A stretch of DNA of 64,000 nt from IMG/VR virus record IMGVR_UViG_3300044857_000313, positions 23,140 through 87,139 of that record, one strand, 5' to 3'. Positions 7,317 through 17,611 of this stretch are shown piece after piece. Made by a program: the position numbers and the translations under genes. How positions within the stretch are numbered: position 1 is the stretch's first letter; each line of letters begins with the position of its first letter. Below the pieces are notes generated by a model. It saw nothing but the letters and a program-made list of their open reading frames with translations. It searched no databases and was not told the origin of the DNA. Source of the DNA: a virus.

Positions 7317-9278
7317 TTAATATTTGATACCATAGATAGCTACAATACCAGAGTTCTCCTTGTTGCAACACCAAACAGTATCCGTTGATAAAGTATAATC
7401 TGTAGCTGTACCTTGATAAGTATCCCCATAAATAAACCAATATAAACTCGACCAACCTAAAATACAAAATCTGTAACTATTAGCAAATGCAAAAGCAAGT
7501 TCCCAAACGTCCCACATTTTATATACTAATACATCACCATAGTCATTACATGCTTTGATAAGTATTTTGTCAAAGTCTTTGTAGCTCTGAGTTAACTTAA
7601 TGGTACCGGCAGGGTAACTGTTCTGCATACCAAGACCACCATTATACGCATAGATACCGAATGAGTCATTCCAAATATTTTGTATGGAATTTCTAGCTTT
7701 GTTAATATTTGCTTTTTCTGATGCTTTATCTGAATCACTCATAGCTGACAGGTCAATAGTACCTGCTCTGTCAAATATATCTGTAATGACTGGCGTATGG
7801 TTTCCCCTTAAACGCTCTAATACACTGCTAACTTCATCTGTAGTAGCAACAGCTTTAAATTTTGTATCATTTACAGGATGGTCGGCATTACCCCCTCTAT
7901 AGTAAAGACGCCCTATATTTTGTTCTATCCACAACTGTGTACTTTCGTCGTTTTTATCAGCTGAAATATTAATAAGCTGTCCATATTGTGTTGGTTGGTT
8001 ATCTATGGTGCTTTGCGTATAATATATGCTACAAAATCCTAACTTATTCCACCCTTTATTAGATGTATCAGAAGGAGCATAGTTATTCCCATAAGAATGA
8101 ATGGTGTCCCATAGCGTATTAGGTGTTACTTTAGGGATGTCGCTCCATGTACCGTCCGCCTTTAGATACCTCCCCTGCTGTCCTGCTAAAGGTTTTGGAA
8201 CTTTACCACCCATACCATCTGCGGACGCTGTGGCCCCCTGAAAGTCCTGAAAGACACCTGCGGATTCTGCGGCCTGTTTAGCACTGTTAGCGGCGGCCAG
8301 CTCTGAATTATGCGCATTAGCGGCACTCGTAGCAGACGCACTAGCACTAGACGCACTGGCAGAGGCACTTGCACTCGCATTAGTTTCCGATGTTTTTGCA
8401 TTGGTTTCTGAGGTCTTTGCCCTCGTTTCGGATGACTTCGCATTGGTTTCCGAGGTTTTCGCATTGGTTTCAGAGGTCTTTGCGTTTGTCTCAGAATGCT
8501 TAGCGTTCGTTGCGGACGTTGCCGCTTCCTGTGCCTTCGTTTTGCTATACAAAGCCCACTCTTTAGAACTCTGTGTCTTCCCTGTGGTACTATCCGTATC
8601 CACTTCACCATCTGGAGAATCCGTAGCTTCTGCCCACTTCTTCGCCTTTTGATGAGAGATTTCTGAATTGGTTTCCGAAGTTTTTGCATTTGTCTCCGAG
8701 GTCTTAGCGGCTTCCTGCGAAGACTTTGCGGCGGACGCTTGCTTCGTTGCTTCCTGTACCAAAATTGTATTGGCCGCTACAAAACCACCCTGAACAGTTT
8801 CCATGTAATTTTTCGTTACTGCGTCTTGAGGGTCTTTGGGGTCACTTACGTTAATGACACGATGATTCAATGCATCCCAAAGGACTTCTTTATCACTCGT
8901 TACTTTCGTAGAAATAGCATGAGCCATAATATAGTCCTGCTGTTCTTCCTGCAAGTGGAGCATCTGAGCATCTTCTGTGTTCATGTCCCGTGCCAACAAG
9001 ATAGAGCCATCATTCCACGTAACAATCTTATCTGTACTTGTCTGTCGATAAATAATGATATGTTCTCCAACCTGTGCAGGGGTGGTCAAAGACACAGATA
9101 AATCATTTACTGTGTAGTCTACCCCATACTCCAATGCTGTTTCCGAAGCATCGGAGTGAAGGATAGACACCATGACAAACTCCTTGCGGAGATATGAAAA
9201 GGGGAACGTATACGTCTTTTGTGTCCCATCGGTAACTTCATATTCCACACGAGCTTTAAAGCCTGTTGTGTTTGCCAC
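7317..9278 (-). CDS. Tail fibre protein (T7 gp17-like N-terminus)
   Basis: N-terminus MANTTGFKARVEYEV..TFPFSYLRKEFVMVSIL..NDGSILLARDMN..AQMLHLQEE parallels T7 gp17. SETNAKT heptad repeats and a distinct C-terminal tip. Confidence 0.9.
   Translation of the reverse strand: MANTTGFKARVEYEVTDGTQKTYTFPFSYLRKEFVMVSILHSDASETALEYGVDYTVNDLSVSLTTPAQVGEHIIIYRQTSTDKIVTWNDGSILLARDMNTEDAQMLHLQEEQQDYIMAHAISTKVTSDKEVLWDALNHRVINVSDPKDPQDAVTKNYMETVQGGFVAANTILVQEATKQASAAKSSQEAAKTSETNAKTSETNSEISHQKAKKWAEATDSPDGEVDTDSTTGKTQSSKEWALYSKTKAQEAATSATNAKHSETNAKTSETNAKTSETNAKSSETRAKTSETNAKTSETNASASASASASSASASATSAANAHNSELAAANSAKQAAESAGVFQDFQGATASADGMGGKVPKPLAGQQGRYLKADGTWSDIPKVTPNTLWDTIHSYGNNYAPSDTSNKGWNKLGFCSIYYTQSTIDNQPTQYGQLINISADKNDESTQLWIEQNIGRLYYRGGNADHPVNDTKFKAVATTDEVSSVLERLRGNHTPVITDIFDRAGTIDLSAMSDSDKASEKANINKARNSIQNIWNDSFGIYAYNGGLGMQNSYPAGTIKLTQSYKDFDKILIKACNDYGDVLVYKMWDVWELAFAFANSYRFCILGWSSLYWFIYGDTYQGTATDYTLSTDTVWCCNKENSGIVAIYGIKY
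8386..8512. repeat. 21-bp tandem repeats encoding (T/S)SETNAK heptads in fibre shaft
   Basis: Repeated gcattggtttc[ct]gaggt[ct]tt units; about six units here plus a short block near 8655..8700. Confidence 0.8.
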
Positions 9279-9296
9279 TATCTATCACTCTCCTTT

Positions 9297-12200
9297 TTAT
9301 TTAGCTTTCAAACTATTTAATTTTGCCAGTGTGTCTATAGCCTGTGTATAGGGGATAAAATCAGGAATAGGCGCCAAGTTTAATAACGTCCTCAAATCCT
9401 TTTGTGTCCCCTTGCTGGTAGCTAGTCGATAGGCACTGCGAATTGGTTTCCATGTCATATCCGACAAGGTATCCACAGCAGGTAACTGTTGGACACTATT
9501 GCCCACAAAGTCCCCAAAGTCTTTAGGGGGATTATTCCGATACTGTGATACTGTTGTTCTGATTGTAGGAGAACCGTACATAGCTTCCCATCCATCATTT
9601 ACAACACCCATAGGCGACAAGAAACCTGTTCGGAAAAATGCGGCCTTTGCTAGGGCCTTGTCATTCAGATAGTTTTCCTTGAGGTAGTTAGCGGCGTCTG
9701 TCTGTCCCAGCGCATACAGAGTGGCCATCTTAGCGCCATTACGAGCGGCAAAAGCGGCTGTGTTGGTCATAAGAGAAAGAGCAAATGCCATGGCATCCTG
9801 AGCTTCATGCTGTTGAATCATTCGCATAAACTGAGCATTGTTTGAGCGCATATTGAAGTCTTTAAACATCATGACAAGACGCATTAAAGAGTTTGTGTCT
9901 TTCAGCATATTTCTGTTGCCTTCGGACGAACTCAATAAGACACTCTTTTCCACCTGATTCTGCATCAGATCATACCAAGCCCAGAAGGTATCAGGACTTT
10001 CTTTTCTCCATGCATCTACATCAAAACCATCTGCAACAGTTCCTTTCTTGCCCTCCCACTTCACATAGGTACGCAAGTCTTTTTTCATCTGTGCAAGGTC
10101 TACGTGTCTGCCAAGAGCCTTGATATTTGCCTTGCTGAATGGATTACGTAACGCATTGAAGGTTTCTCCATGCGCCCAACGAATCGAATCTGTAATGGCC
10201 GCACTACGAGCAGAGCGCACCATTGTGTCTGTCATATGCCCAAGCATGTTAATCTGTGAAGTGAACTTGCCCAGATTGTGTGTCATATCAGCCGCACTAA
10301 TCAATAGGTTGTCCACCCCAAAACCACGTTTAGACAAGGCATTACGGGTCTGTTTGTCTCCCCAATTCCCACGGAAAATGTAGCGTTCTACAGGTTCCCC
10401 AAAGACATGCCACGAGAGGTCTTCAACCATCTTAGAATTAGCTTTCCCAAGACGAACATCCTGTACGAATTTACGCAAGGGATTGAAGACACCAAATACC
10501 TGTTTTAGACCACCATAGGCAATAGCACCCCCTAAGTCGCCTAACTGGTTCCATCCCATCGAGCCACCACGCTTGAAGTATGCAAAGTTGTTGAGAATCT
10601 TTGTGACTGCTGAACCCTCATCATAGATGTTTCGTTCGTAGTGGTCACGCATCCCACGGAGCCGTGCAATGTTGTCTAAGAACCACCGCTTATTTTTTTC
10701 GGCTGTGGAACTGTTGATACGCCCATCATTCCCCATGGAAGCAAGTCGCAATTCATGGAGTACCTTCTTCACGAAAGCACCATATTCATTAGCAGAACCA
10801 AGGACGTTACGGACTGCCACCTCTCCTGCAAAACGTCTATTCGTTCTGTTCAGGGTGTGTTCGAGGTCATAGTATCTAAGGTCATTATCAAATGAGAAGG
10901 CTTTAACAACATTACCTTCTGCATCTTTAATATCCATGACAACACCTGTGTCCATCGGAAGACGCCCACGGAAGAAGTTCAAGTCCCCAAGTTTAGAGGA
11001 AGCACCATCGGTGTCTAAGCCATCCAATTTATCCTCAAGAGGTTGCATGATGTTGTCTGCCCATTCCTTACACTTTTCATCCCTGAAATCATCAATTTCT
11101 TTATCTGTGGTGTCTTTGATAGTGATAGCACGTTTTTGTTCAAGTTCTTCTTTGACACGTTTAACTTTGGCATGGTTAATCTTTTCTGGATCTTTAAGTG
11201 CTTCTTTTTTTAAAAAGGTCTCTGCATCCTTAATTTCACGCTGTAGTCTCAGTTCTTTTTCACGTTTAATCATCTCCCCAATCAACTTACGAGACGTAGG
11301 CATATTGGAAGCGACTTGTGCATACTTCTCCATAAAAGCTCTCGCTCCCTTATCACCTGTGGTGGTGAAGTTAGACACAAACTCCCTATAAGCATCAGGG
11401 TCAACTAAGCGATGAAATTCATCGTCGACTGAATACCATCCATCCTCAATCAAGTTTCGTTCCATAGAACCTCCAAAAATAGAGGATGAATTTTTGCCAA
11501 GGTCAATACGGGTATCATAAAGACCCTGCAAAGACTTGACGGCCTTCATGACATTCTGGTCTACCATCGCATCATCAATGTTAATGTGTGTCTGCTGTTT
11601 AGACAAACTGTTGAACTTATCAATGACAAGCTTATCAAATTCTTGTCTATGGGCATCCCCCTTGCGGAAAGGATTAATGACACCCATTGTCCCATAGTGG
11701 TCACGTATCCACTCTTTACGAGCATCAAGAATATCGCCTTTGTACTTATCAAGCTGTCCCATGAGATAGCCCTTCATTCGTTCAGCAGATGGCATATTGG
11801 AACCATTACGAGATGTACCACGACGCTGTGCATCTTCCCATAATTCAGAGGCTTTCTTCGCAAGCGTCATAGACGGAGAATGATAAGCGGCCCCATATGG
11901 AGTACGAGTCAGCAATGTATTGTCCATCCACCCCGATAAGGTATTGACGGTCTTTTCAAAGGCTGTCTTTCCTTTTCGTTCCTGCGCCAATTCATCTGCA
12001 CTCTTTTCATAGTCGAGAAGACTTTCAGGAGCAAGCATGTTGTCTTTCGAGAAATGGACACCATTCTGAATAATGCTCCCATCGGGATTAACAATGATAC
12101 CCTGCTTTTTCAAGCTCTGATAGCGAACCGCTGTATTGACCATGTCGAGAATCTCGTTGTTGGTGAATTTTGATTTATCACCAAACCCCATTTCCTTTAG

Positions 12201-14411
12201 GCCTTCTCTAAAGCTAGACACCAAGGAATGACTCGATTTACGACTCAACATATCATGCTGAATGGCGTAACCAAGAATCTCTTCGGGGTCTGTGCTGTTG
12301 GCAAGTCTTGCGGCCTGAGCAAATTTAGATGTTGTGTCTTTTGATTGAGTAGACACAAAATCCATCAAGGACTGATAGCGGTCAGTACCTATGGTGTCTT
12401 TCAGAGATTGATGGACACCAATTTCATGAGCTAAGACACCATCTAATTCTTTCGCTCCCTTGATGTTGTCTTTGACTACTACGGTATAATCACCATGAGG
12501 AACAAAGAAACCTTTCGTGTTATCCGACACTTTGATACCCATGGAAGCTCCAAGTTTCTTTGCGTCTTTCAGCGACAATGCAAATACATCATCACGATCC
12601 GCTACGGAACTTGCAATCTTACCTTCCTGCTTCGTGAAGTATTCTACATCATGAAGTTTGGAAGCGGCTTCCTTTGTATCCATAATGGTGTAGGGTGTCT
12701 TGAGTCCTACGGCATCACGAGCGGCACTCGTTTCAATCCTATCTGCTGTACGAGCCAGATTAGCTATAGCAGGGTCTTTATGGAACAAGTTCTTTCCTGC
12801 CATGCCGAGAGTGCGTAAGACACCCCCTGAAATCCCTGCAATCATAGCGGCCCCTGCGATACTGTCATCTGTACCATTACCAAGGTTAGCGGCATGTTGC
12901 TGTAAAGCCCCCAGAGCGGCCATGTTTAATGTTGTGTCCCCAATTCTTTTAGCGCCCCCTGCACTGAGAATCTTTTCAGCAGAGGCCTTAGCGGCACTAT
13001 CAATAATACGTGTGTCTTTCACCACACCCCCGAGTGTCTTCATAATCTTCCCTGCCTGTAAGACCTTCAATTCAGGAAGTGCGTTCAAGGGGTCTAAGAC
13101 AGCCCCTAAGACAGTACCAAGGGTATGTGCGCCTACCGAATTATAGTAAGCGGCATACTTTGTGTCCTCTGCCATCTCATCGGACTTCTTTTGTAATAGG
13201 TAATACAACTGTGTGGGGTCTTTTGCATTATCAATAATCCATTGTGCCTCTGCTTCATTACCACTCCCCATAGCGGCCTTAATGTAGTTACGGTCTGCAT
13301 CGGTAATCTTATCACGACCAAATGCATCAAGGTCACTGTGGAATAGGTCAGTGTACAGTGCATCAACAAACTCATACGCAAAGTTCCCACTGCGCTTGAA
13401 GTCATGCCAAATGCCCTCAAGGATAGAAGGCTTTTCTTTCAGGGAGTCTTCATAGGCTTTCTGCATCTGTAGTTTTGCATCTGCAAGTGCCTGTATTTCA
13501 GGACTCACCATGTTCTGCATCTTAGGAGTAAAGACACCCTCACCAAAAGTGGTTGTGTCCTGTTTAGGCCCTAATATAGCATTGACTTCCTTTGATAAAT
13601 CAGGATTAGCTACATGAAGGTGGGGGCCTGTACCATGAGGGTCACTAATAACTTCCTGAAAGCCTAATGAACGTGCATAGTCCGCAAGAGTAGATAAGGT
13701 GTCATCTCCCCACTGCAAACCATCCCATGCAATATCAGCTCCAAGACCTTTATAATGCCAGCTTGTTTCTGTGTGTGAATCATCATTAGCCCCTGCTGTC
13801 AGAATAGGAGAGACACCCAATTCCTGTGCCTTTTTGAACAGCATCCCTAAACGCTGATACATGCTACCGTCAATACCCTTCATGTCATCAGGAAGATAGG
13901 AAGTGTAGTCTTCCGTGTCTGAACCACCACTGCTGGAATCACTAGAACCTGTAGCAGACGCATCATAGCTTTCACCGCCATAAAGGTTTGAATAGACCTC
14001 ACCTGCTACCTGTTGTCTTTGGTCAAGTGCCTGTCCTTGACAACGTTCATAGTAATCCGCAATAGCGGCGGCGGCACTTTCAGCGCTCGACAAGTCCGAG
14101 TTGGAAATATCTTTCAAGGCTTGCGCTTCTGTATTATGAAGCTCCCAATCAACGAACTCTAACTGTGCATAAATATCATTGGAATCATATCCATGCTCAT
14201 CCATGAAGTTTTTGAAACTCGTCTGTCTGCTTTCATCAAGCCATTGTGCAATCCCGTACGCACCATTAGGGGACGTACTGTCAGGATTAATGTCCTCACC
14301 GCCCCCTGTTTCAACTGCAAAGTTAGCGGCGAATCCTGCGGCCAGTGTTGGTGAATATCCATGCTGGACAAACCAATTATAGACAAGGGCCATGTTATTT
14401 GAAACTGCCAT
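9297..14411 (-). CDS. Internal virion protein (gp16 position) with N-terminal lysozyme-like and LAS/M15-type peptidase domains
   Basis: 1704 aa. FAVETGGG..YGIAQW tail-lysozyme-like N-terminus, then SWHYKGLGADI..HGTGPHLHV metallopeptidase-like motif. Position matches T7 gp16. Confidence 0.75.
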   Translation of the reverse strand: MAVSNNMALVYNWFVQHGYSPTLAAGFAANFAVETGGGEDINPDSTSPNGAYGIAQWLDESRQTSFKNFMDEHGYDSNDIYAQLEFVDWELHNTEAQALKDISNSDLSSAESAAAAIADYYERCQGQALDQRQQVAGEVYSNLYGGESYDASATGSSDSSSGGSDTEDYTSYLPDDMKGIDGSMYQRLGMLFKKAQELGVSPILTAGANDDSHTETSWHYKGLGADIAWDGLQWGDDTLSTLADYARSLGFQEVISDPHGTGPHLHVANPDLSKEVNAILGPKQDTTTFGEGVFTPKMQNMVSPEIQALADAKLQMQKAYEDSLKEKPSILEGIWHDFKRSGNFAYEFVDALYTDLFHSDLDAFGRDKITDADRNYIKAAMGSGNEAEAQWIIDNAKDPTQLYYLLQKKSDEMAEDTKYAAYYNSVGAHTLGTVLGAVLDPLNALPELKVLQAGKIMKTLGGVVKDTRIIDSAAKASAEKILSAGGAKRIGDTTLNMAALGALQQHAANLGNGTDDSIAGAAMIAGISGGVLRTLGMAGKNLFHKDPAIANLARTADRIETSAARDAVGLKTPYTIMDTKEAASKLHDVEYFTKQEGKIASSVADRDDVFALSLKDAKKLGASMGIKVSDNTKGFFVPHGDYTVVVKDNIKGAKELDGVLAHEIGVHQSLKDTIGTDRYQSLMDFVSTQSKDTTSKFAQAARLANSTDPEEILGYAIQHDMLSRKSSHSLVSSFREGLKEMGFGDKSKFTNNEILDMVNTAVRYQSLKKQGIIVNPDGSIIQNGVHFSKDNMLAPESLLDYEKSADELAQERKGKTAFEKTVNTLSGWMDNTLLTRTPYGAAYHSPSMTLAKKASELWEDAQRRGTSRNGSNMPSAERMKGYLMGQLDKYKGDILDARKEWIRDHYGTMGVINPFRKGDAHRQEFDKLVIDKFNSLSKQQTHINIDDAMVDQNVMKAVKSLQGLYDTRIDLGKNSSSIFGGSMERNLIEDGWYSVDDEFHRLVDPDAYREFVSNFTTTGDKGARAFMEKYAQVASNMPTSRKLIGEMIKREKELRLQREIKDAETFLKKEALKDPEKINHAKVKRVKEELEQKRAITIKDTTDKEIDDFRDEKCKEWADNIMQPLEDKLDGLDTDGASSKLGDLNFFRGRLPMDTGVVMDIKDAEGNVVKAFSFDNDLRYYDLEHTLNRTNRRFAGEVAVRNVLGSANEYGAFVKKVLHELRLASMGNDGRINSSTAEKNKRWFLDNIARLRGMRDHYERNIYDEGSAVTKILNNFAYFKRGGSMGWNQLGDLGGAIAYGGLKQVFGVFNPLRKFVQDVRLGKANSKMVEDLSWHVFGEPVERYIFRGNWGDKQTRNALSKRGFGVDNLLISAADMTHNLGKFTSQINMLGHMTDTMVRSARSAAITDSIRWAHGETFNALRNPFSKANIKALGRHVDLAQMKKDLRTYVKWEGKKGTVADGFDVDAWRKESPDTFWAWYDLMQNQVEKSVLLSSSEGNRNMLKDTNSLMRLVMMFKDFNMRSNNAQFMRMIQQHEAQDAMAFALSLMTNTAAFAARNGAKMATLYALGQTDAANYLKENYLNDKALAKAAFFRTGFLSPMGVVNDGWEAMYGSPTIRTTVSQYRNNPPKDFGDFVGNSVQQLPAVDTLSDMTWKPIRSAYRLATSKGTQKDLRTLLNLAPIPDFIPYTQAIDTLAKLNSLKAK

Positions 14412-14432
14412 TGTGTCTTATCTCCTTTCTAT

Positions 14433-16793
14433 TTAATCCCCATACACCCATTTCTTTACACGAGCTACTGCACTGCTTGCCTGTTCAGCGATAACATCTG
14501 CTACAGAGCCAGAGTGTTCAGCAACACCCCTAGCTTGTTCTTCTGTTACACCGCTATCCCCTACATAGGTAGCTTTGTAATCTGTTGTATCAGAAGAAGA
14601 GGCACTGCTACTAGAAGGCGGAACAGAGGTGGCTACATACTGAATTTCATTAGCCATATCAGAGCCGGAAAGCTGTGTATAGTTTCCATTTGAACTCTCT
14701 GAGAAAGACCACGTATTAGATGCTTCATCGTATGATACGTTAATATCTTCTGGGGACACTCCCCAATTACTTGCATATTGATAGCAAAGAGCATCAAGAG
14801 ATTGTTTTGCGAAGGCATTTTCTGTAGAGGGAGACAAACCACTATTGAAGCAGTTTTTAGGAAAGACTGCCCCATGATAGTAAGCATAAGCATCCCTGAT
14901 GTCGTTGCAAGCGGAATCTAAAGCGGCTTGGGGGTCATGATACGCTAAGTTATACATCAAAGCTCTATCCTTCACGGTTTCTGCAATCTGTGGATTGTCC
15001 CAAGAAATATCAGGAGCCGTACTACCTTCACTATTCCAGCTTTCCATACCACCAATAGACCAACCACCTGCGGCAATGCTTCTAATCTGTGCCATGTAAT
15101 TCTGTTTATCCTGTTCGCTAGTGTCTTTAATACGACAATAGTTGGCGTATCCTCGAACAAGTGCATTGTCTGCGTCTTCTTCACCCGACGCATGGGAGAA
15201 GTTTACAACCGCTCCGATAGCGGCGTCTACCTTACTGCCGAAAGCACCTGCAAACTGTCCATGATTAATGTTACGAGCCTTTACAAGATAAATGATGGAG
15301 TTAGGTACACCATTCGCTTCTACACTGTCTGCTGTGGCGCTGTTAATGGTCTGTAAGACACTATTTACTAACTGTTCTTTTACGTTACTCACACCAGAAT
15401 AGGTGTAGAGCTTCATAAGCTTCTGTGCCTTTGTGTCTTCATCAGCATCGCTATTAATAATCTGATTTTCGTAATCCTGAAAAGAACTAAGTATCGTACC
15501 TGAATCAACTGCCTTACCACCTACTAAAGGTTTCCCAATGGAACTGCCATAACCATCTTTTACAGGATTATCATCTTCCATGAACGCCCTAATGTTTTCC
15601 ATAGCTGAAGCAGAACTGGCCTGTGATTTCGCGGCTGTCTTAACACCTTTAGCCGCCACCTTAGCCATACGAGCCTGCGTGGCCTTATTCTGGTTTTGAA
15701 GACTCTCAATTTCAGGCAACATCCCTGTAAGAATTTCAGCATTATCACGATCTGAACGATTGCCAGACTGACCCATTTTAATGACATCGGTATAGACACG
15801 ATTCATATCTTTGTCTTTACCATACTTCTTAATTAAATCCATCTTTGATTTTTCCATATGGGCTTTACGATAGGCAAGATTTAGGGTGTCTAATTCCATG
15901 GTGTCTACCAAGTCCCCCATCGTCTGTGTCGTACCATCTAAGCGTGTCTGTACAGGAATACGGTCAAGGATAGTAGCTTTAAAGTTCTTAAAGTCCTTGA
16001 TTGTCCCTGTGGTAATAATTTCTTTGGTAAAATTATCAACAAGTGTCTGTCGCTGTGAAGGATTCAGCCCCATCAAGCGACTCTGATTGAAAATCTCCGT
16101 TAGCTTCTGTACTTGTTCATCACGAGTCATAGTAGGAGCATCATAAATAAGATTCCCCAATTCAGACTTAATGTTATTGAAGGTTTCAGAGATTCTGTCT
16201 TCAATATCACGCTGAACATGATTACTCATCAACGTTTGCTGATTTTCAATATTCTTGTCACTGAAGCCCTGCTCAAAAGACACATTATTATCAATGAGTC
16301 CTTTATCAGTGAAACGCTGTCGATACTTCTGTACAAAGTCGTCATACCGCTTCACTTCCTCATCGGGAGTACGCGCAGGACTATCACCAAATTCTTCTGT
16401 GTATGCAAGTTTTGCGGAGTCGCCTAAAGCCTGTCCACGCAATTTGTCACTATATGCGATAAAATAAGGATTATCTAAATTATTCCCATAGCCATATGTC
16501 AAGGCCATGTCAAGTGTATTAAGTTTCTGTCTGTCTTCCTCTGTGGTCGACGAAATGAGTCTGTTGGCTTCTGTAAGGCCCTCTTCATTCATGCGTTTCT
16601 CACGGTCTGTAATGAAAGACAACCAACTACTATTAAGATTATTAGCCGCGCTTGCAAACATGGAAGCGGACGAGGACGAGGGATTAGTACCTCTAACACC
16701 CTGTACCTCTGTCAAACGCTCTTGATATGTTGCATCTGGTTGCGGCATAAATTGCATTTCTGTGCCTACAGCACTAGCAATCCGTTTCGCCAT
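14433..16793 (-). CDS. Internal virion protein (gp15 position)
   Basis: 786-aa ORF. Assigned on synteny and size. Confidence 0.6.
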   Translation of the reverse strand: MAKRIASAVGTEMQFMPQPDATYQERLTEVQGVRGTNPSSSSASMFASAANNLNSSWLSFITDREKRMNEEGLTEANRLISSTTEEDRQKLNTLDMALTYGYGNNLDNPYFIAYSDKLRGQALGDSAKLAYTEEFGDSPARTPDEEVKRYDDFVQKYRQRFTDKGLIDNNVSFEQGFSDKNIENQQTLMSNHVQRDIEDRISETFNNIKSELGNLIYDAPTMTRDEQVQKLTEIFNQSRLMGLNPSQRQTLVDNFTKEIITTGTIKDFKNFKATILDRIPVQTRLDGTTQTMGDLVDTMELDTLNLAYRKAHMEKSKMDLIKKYGKDKDMNRVYTDVIKMGQSGNRSDRDNAEILTGMLPEIESLQNQNKATQARMAKVAAKGVKTAAKSQASSASAMENIRAFMEDDNPVKDGYGSSIGKPLVGGKAVDSGTILSSFQDYENQIINSDADEDTKAQKLMKLYTYSGVSNVKEQLVNSVLQTINSATADSVEANGVPNSIIYLVKARNINHGQFAGAFGSKVDAAIGAVVNFSHASGEEDADNALVRGYANYCRIKDTSEQDKQNYMAQIRSIAAGGWSIGGMESWNSEGSTAPDISWDNPQIAETVKDRALMYNLAYHDPQAALDSACNDIRDAYAYYHGAVFPKNCFNSGLSPSTENAFAKQSLDALCYQYASNWGVSPEDINVSYDEASNTWSFSESSNGNYTQLSGSDMANEIQYVATSVPPSSSSASSSDTTDYKATYVGDSGVTEEQARGVAEHSGSVADVIAEQASSAVARVKKWVYGD

Positions 16794-17608
16794 GTAGCAC
16801 CTCTCCTTGAAATACCCCCATTAGACCAATCATAAGACAAGCCACTACTCATGTCACCACTAAAGTAACCATTGATAGCATTACTTGCAAAAAGGCCGTG
16901 AGGATTGAATAAATTCATACTGTCATATTTTGCAGACGCTTCATCGAGGTCTACAATTCGTGTCCCAATCTCTGTATTGTGAATGTCTTCACTGTGGATA
17001 TAGGGGTCAAGATTTACAGGTTTAACGTCCCCTGTATGTCTATCAAGTGTCTTTCCCTGTCCGCCTTCAACACCTGCTTTCTTTCTCATGCTCTTAATAC
17101 CCTGTAAGGTATTATAGGTCTGCATGAAATCAGAAAACATTTCCATACCCTGTGTAAGATAAGATGGTGTCTCAACGGACGAAATACTATTGATAGCATT
17201 ACGTGTAGAGATAAGCGCCGCTTCCTTATTGAGGTCAATTTCATTCATTTTATTTTGATAATTAGCCTGCGCCTGCGAAGCAACACGGGATTCATCTGCA
17301 CGAACACTACGATTAATCAAGTTAGCTGTTCTGCCACCTCCTGCCAACTCTTCGTTGACAGCGGCCTTAACAGACGCTTCCTGTCTATGAGCGTTCATCC
17401 TGTCTTTCGTCATTGCATCAATCTGAGCGGCGAAAGCGGCCCTACGCTGTGTCTCATAGTTTTGAAAGGTATAGTTCATAGACTGGAGCAATCCCCTTGC
17501 GGTCTGATTGTTGGCATCAATCTGATTCTGAATTTCAGCCCTACTTGCTTTCTGCTTAGACAAAGAGCTGAGAGCTGAAATACCATAACTAAGTGCTACG
17601 GTACACAT
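16766..17608 (-). CDS. Internal virion protein (gp14 position)
   Basis: 280-aa ORF. Assigned on synteny. Confidence 0.55.
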   Translation of the reverse strand: MCTVALSYGISALSSLSKQKASRAEIQNQIDANNQTARGLLQSMNYTFQNYETQRRAAFAAQIDAMTKDRMNAHRQEASVKAAVNEELAGGGRTANLINRSVRADESRVASQAQANYQNKMNEIDLNKEAALISTRNAINSISSVETPSYLTQGMEMFSDFMQTYNTLQGIKSMRKKAGVEGGQGKTLDRHTGDVKPVNLDPYIHSEDIHNTEIGTRIVDLDEASAKYDSMNLFNPHGLFASNAINGYFSGDMSSGLSYDWSNGGISRRGATWRNGLLVL

Positions 17609-17611
17609 TCG

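Noticed and set aside
7317-9278. Diversity-generating retroelement or other targeted hypervariation of the fibre tip.
   Set aside because: There is no reverse transcriptase, and no template/variable repeat pair. The differences between copies are whole-module replacement and repeat-number change.
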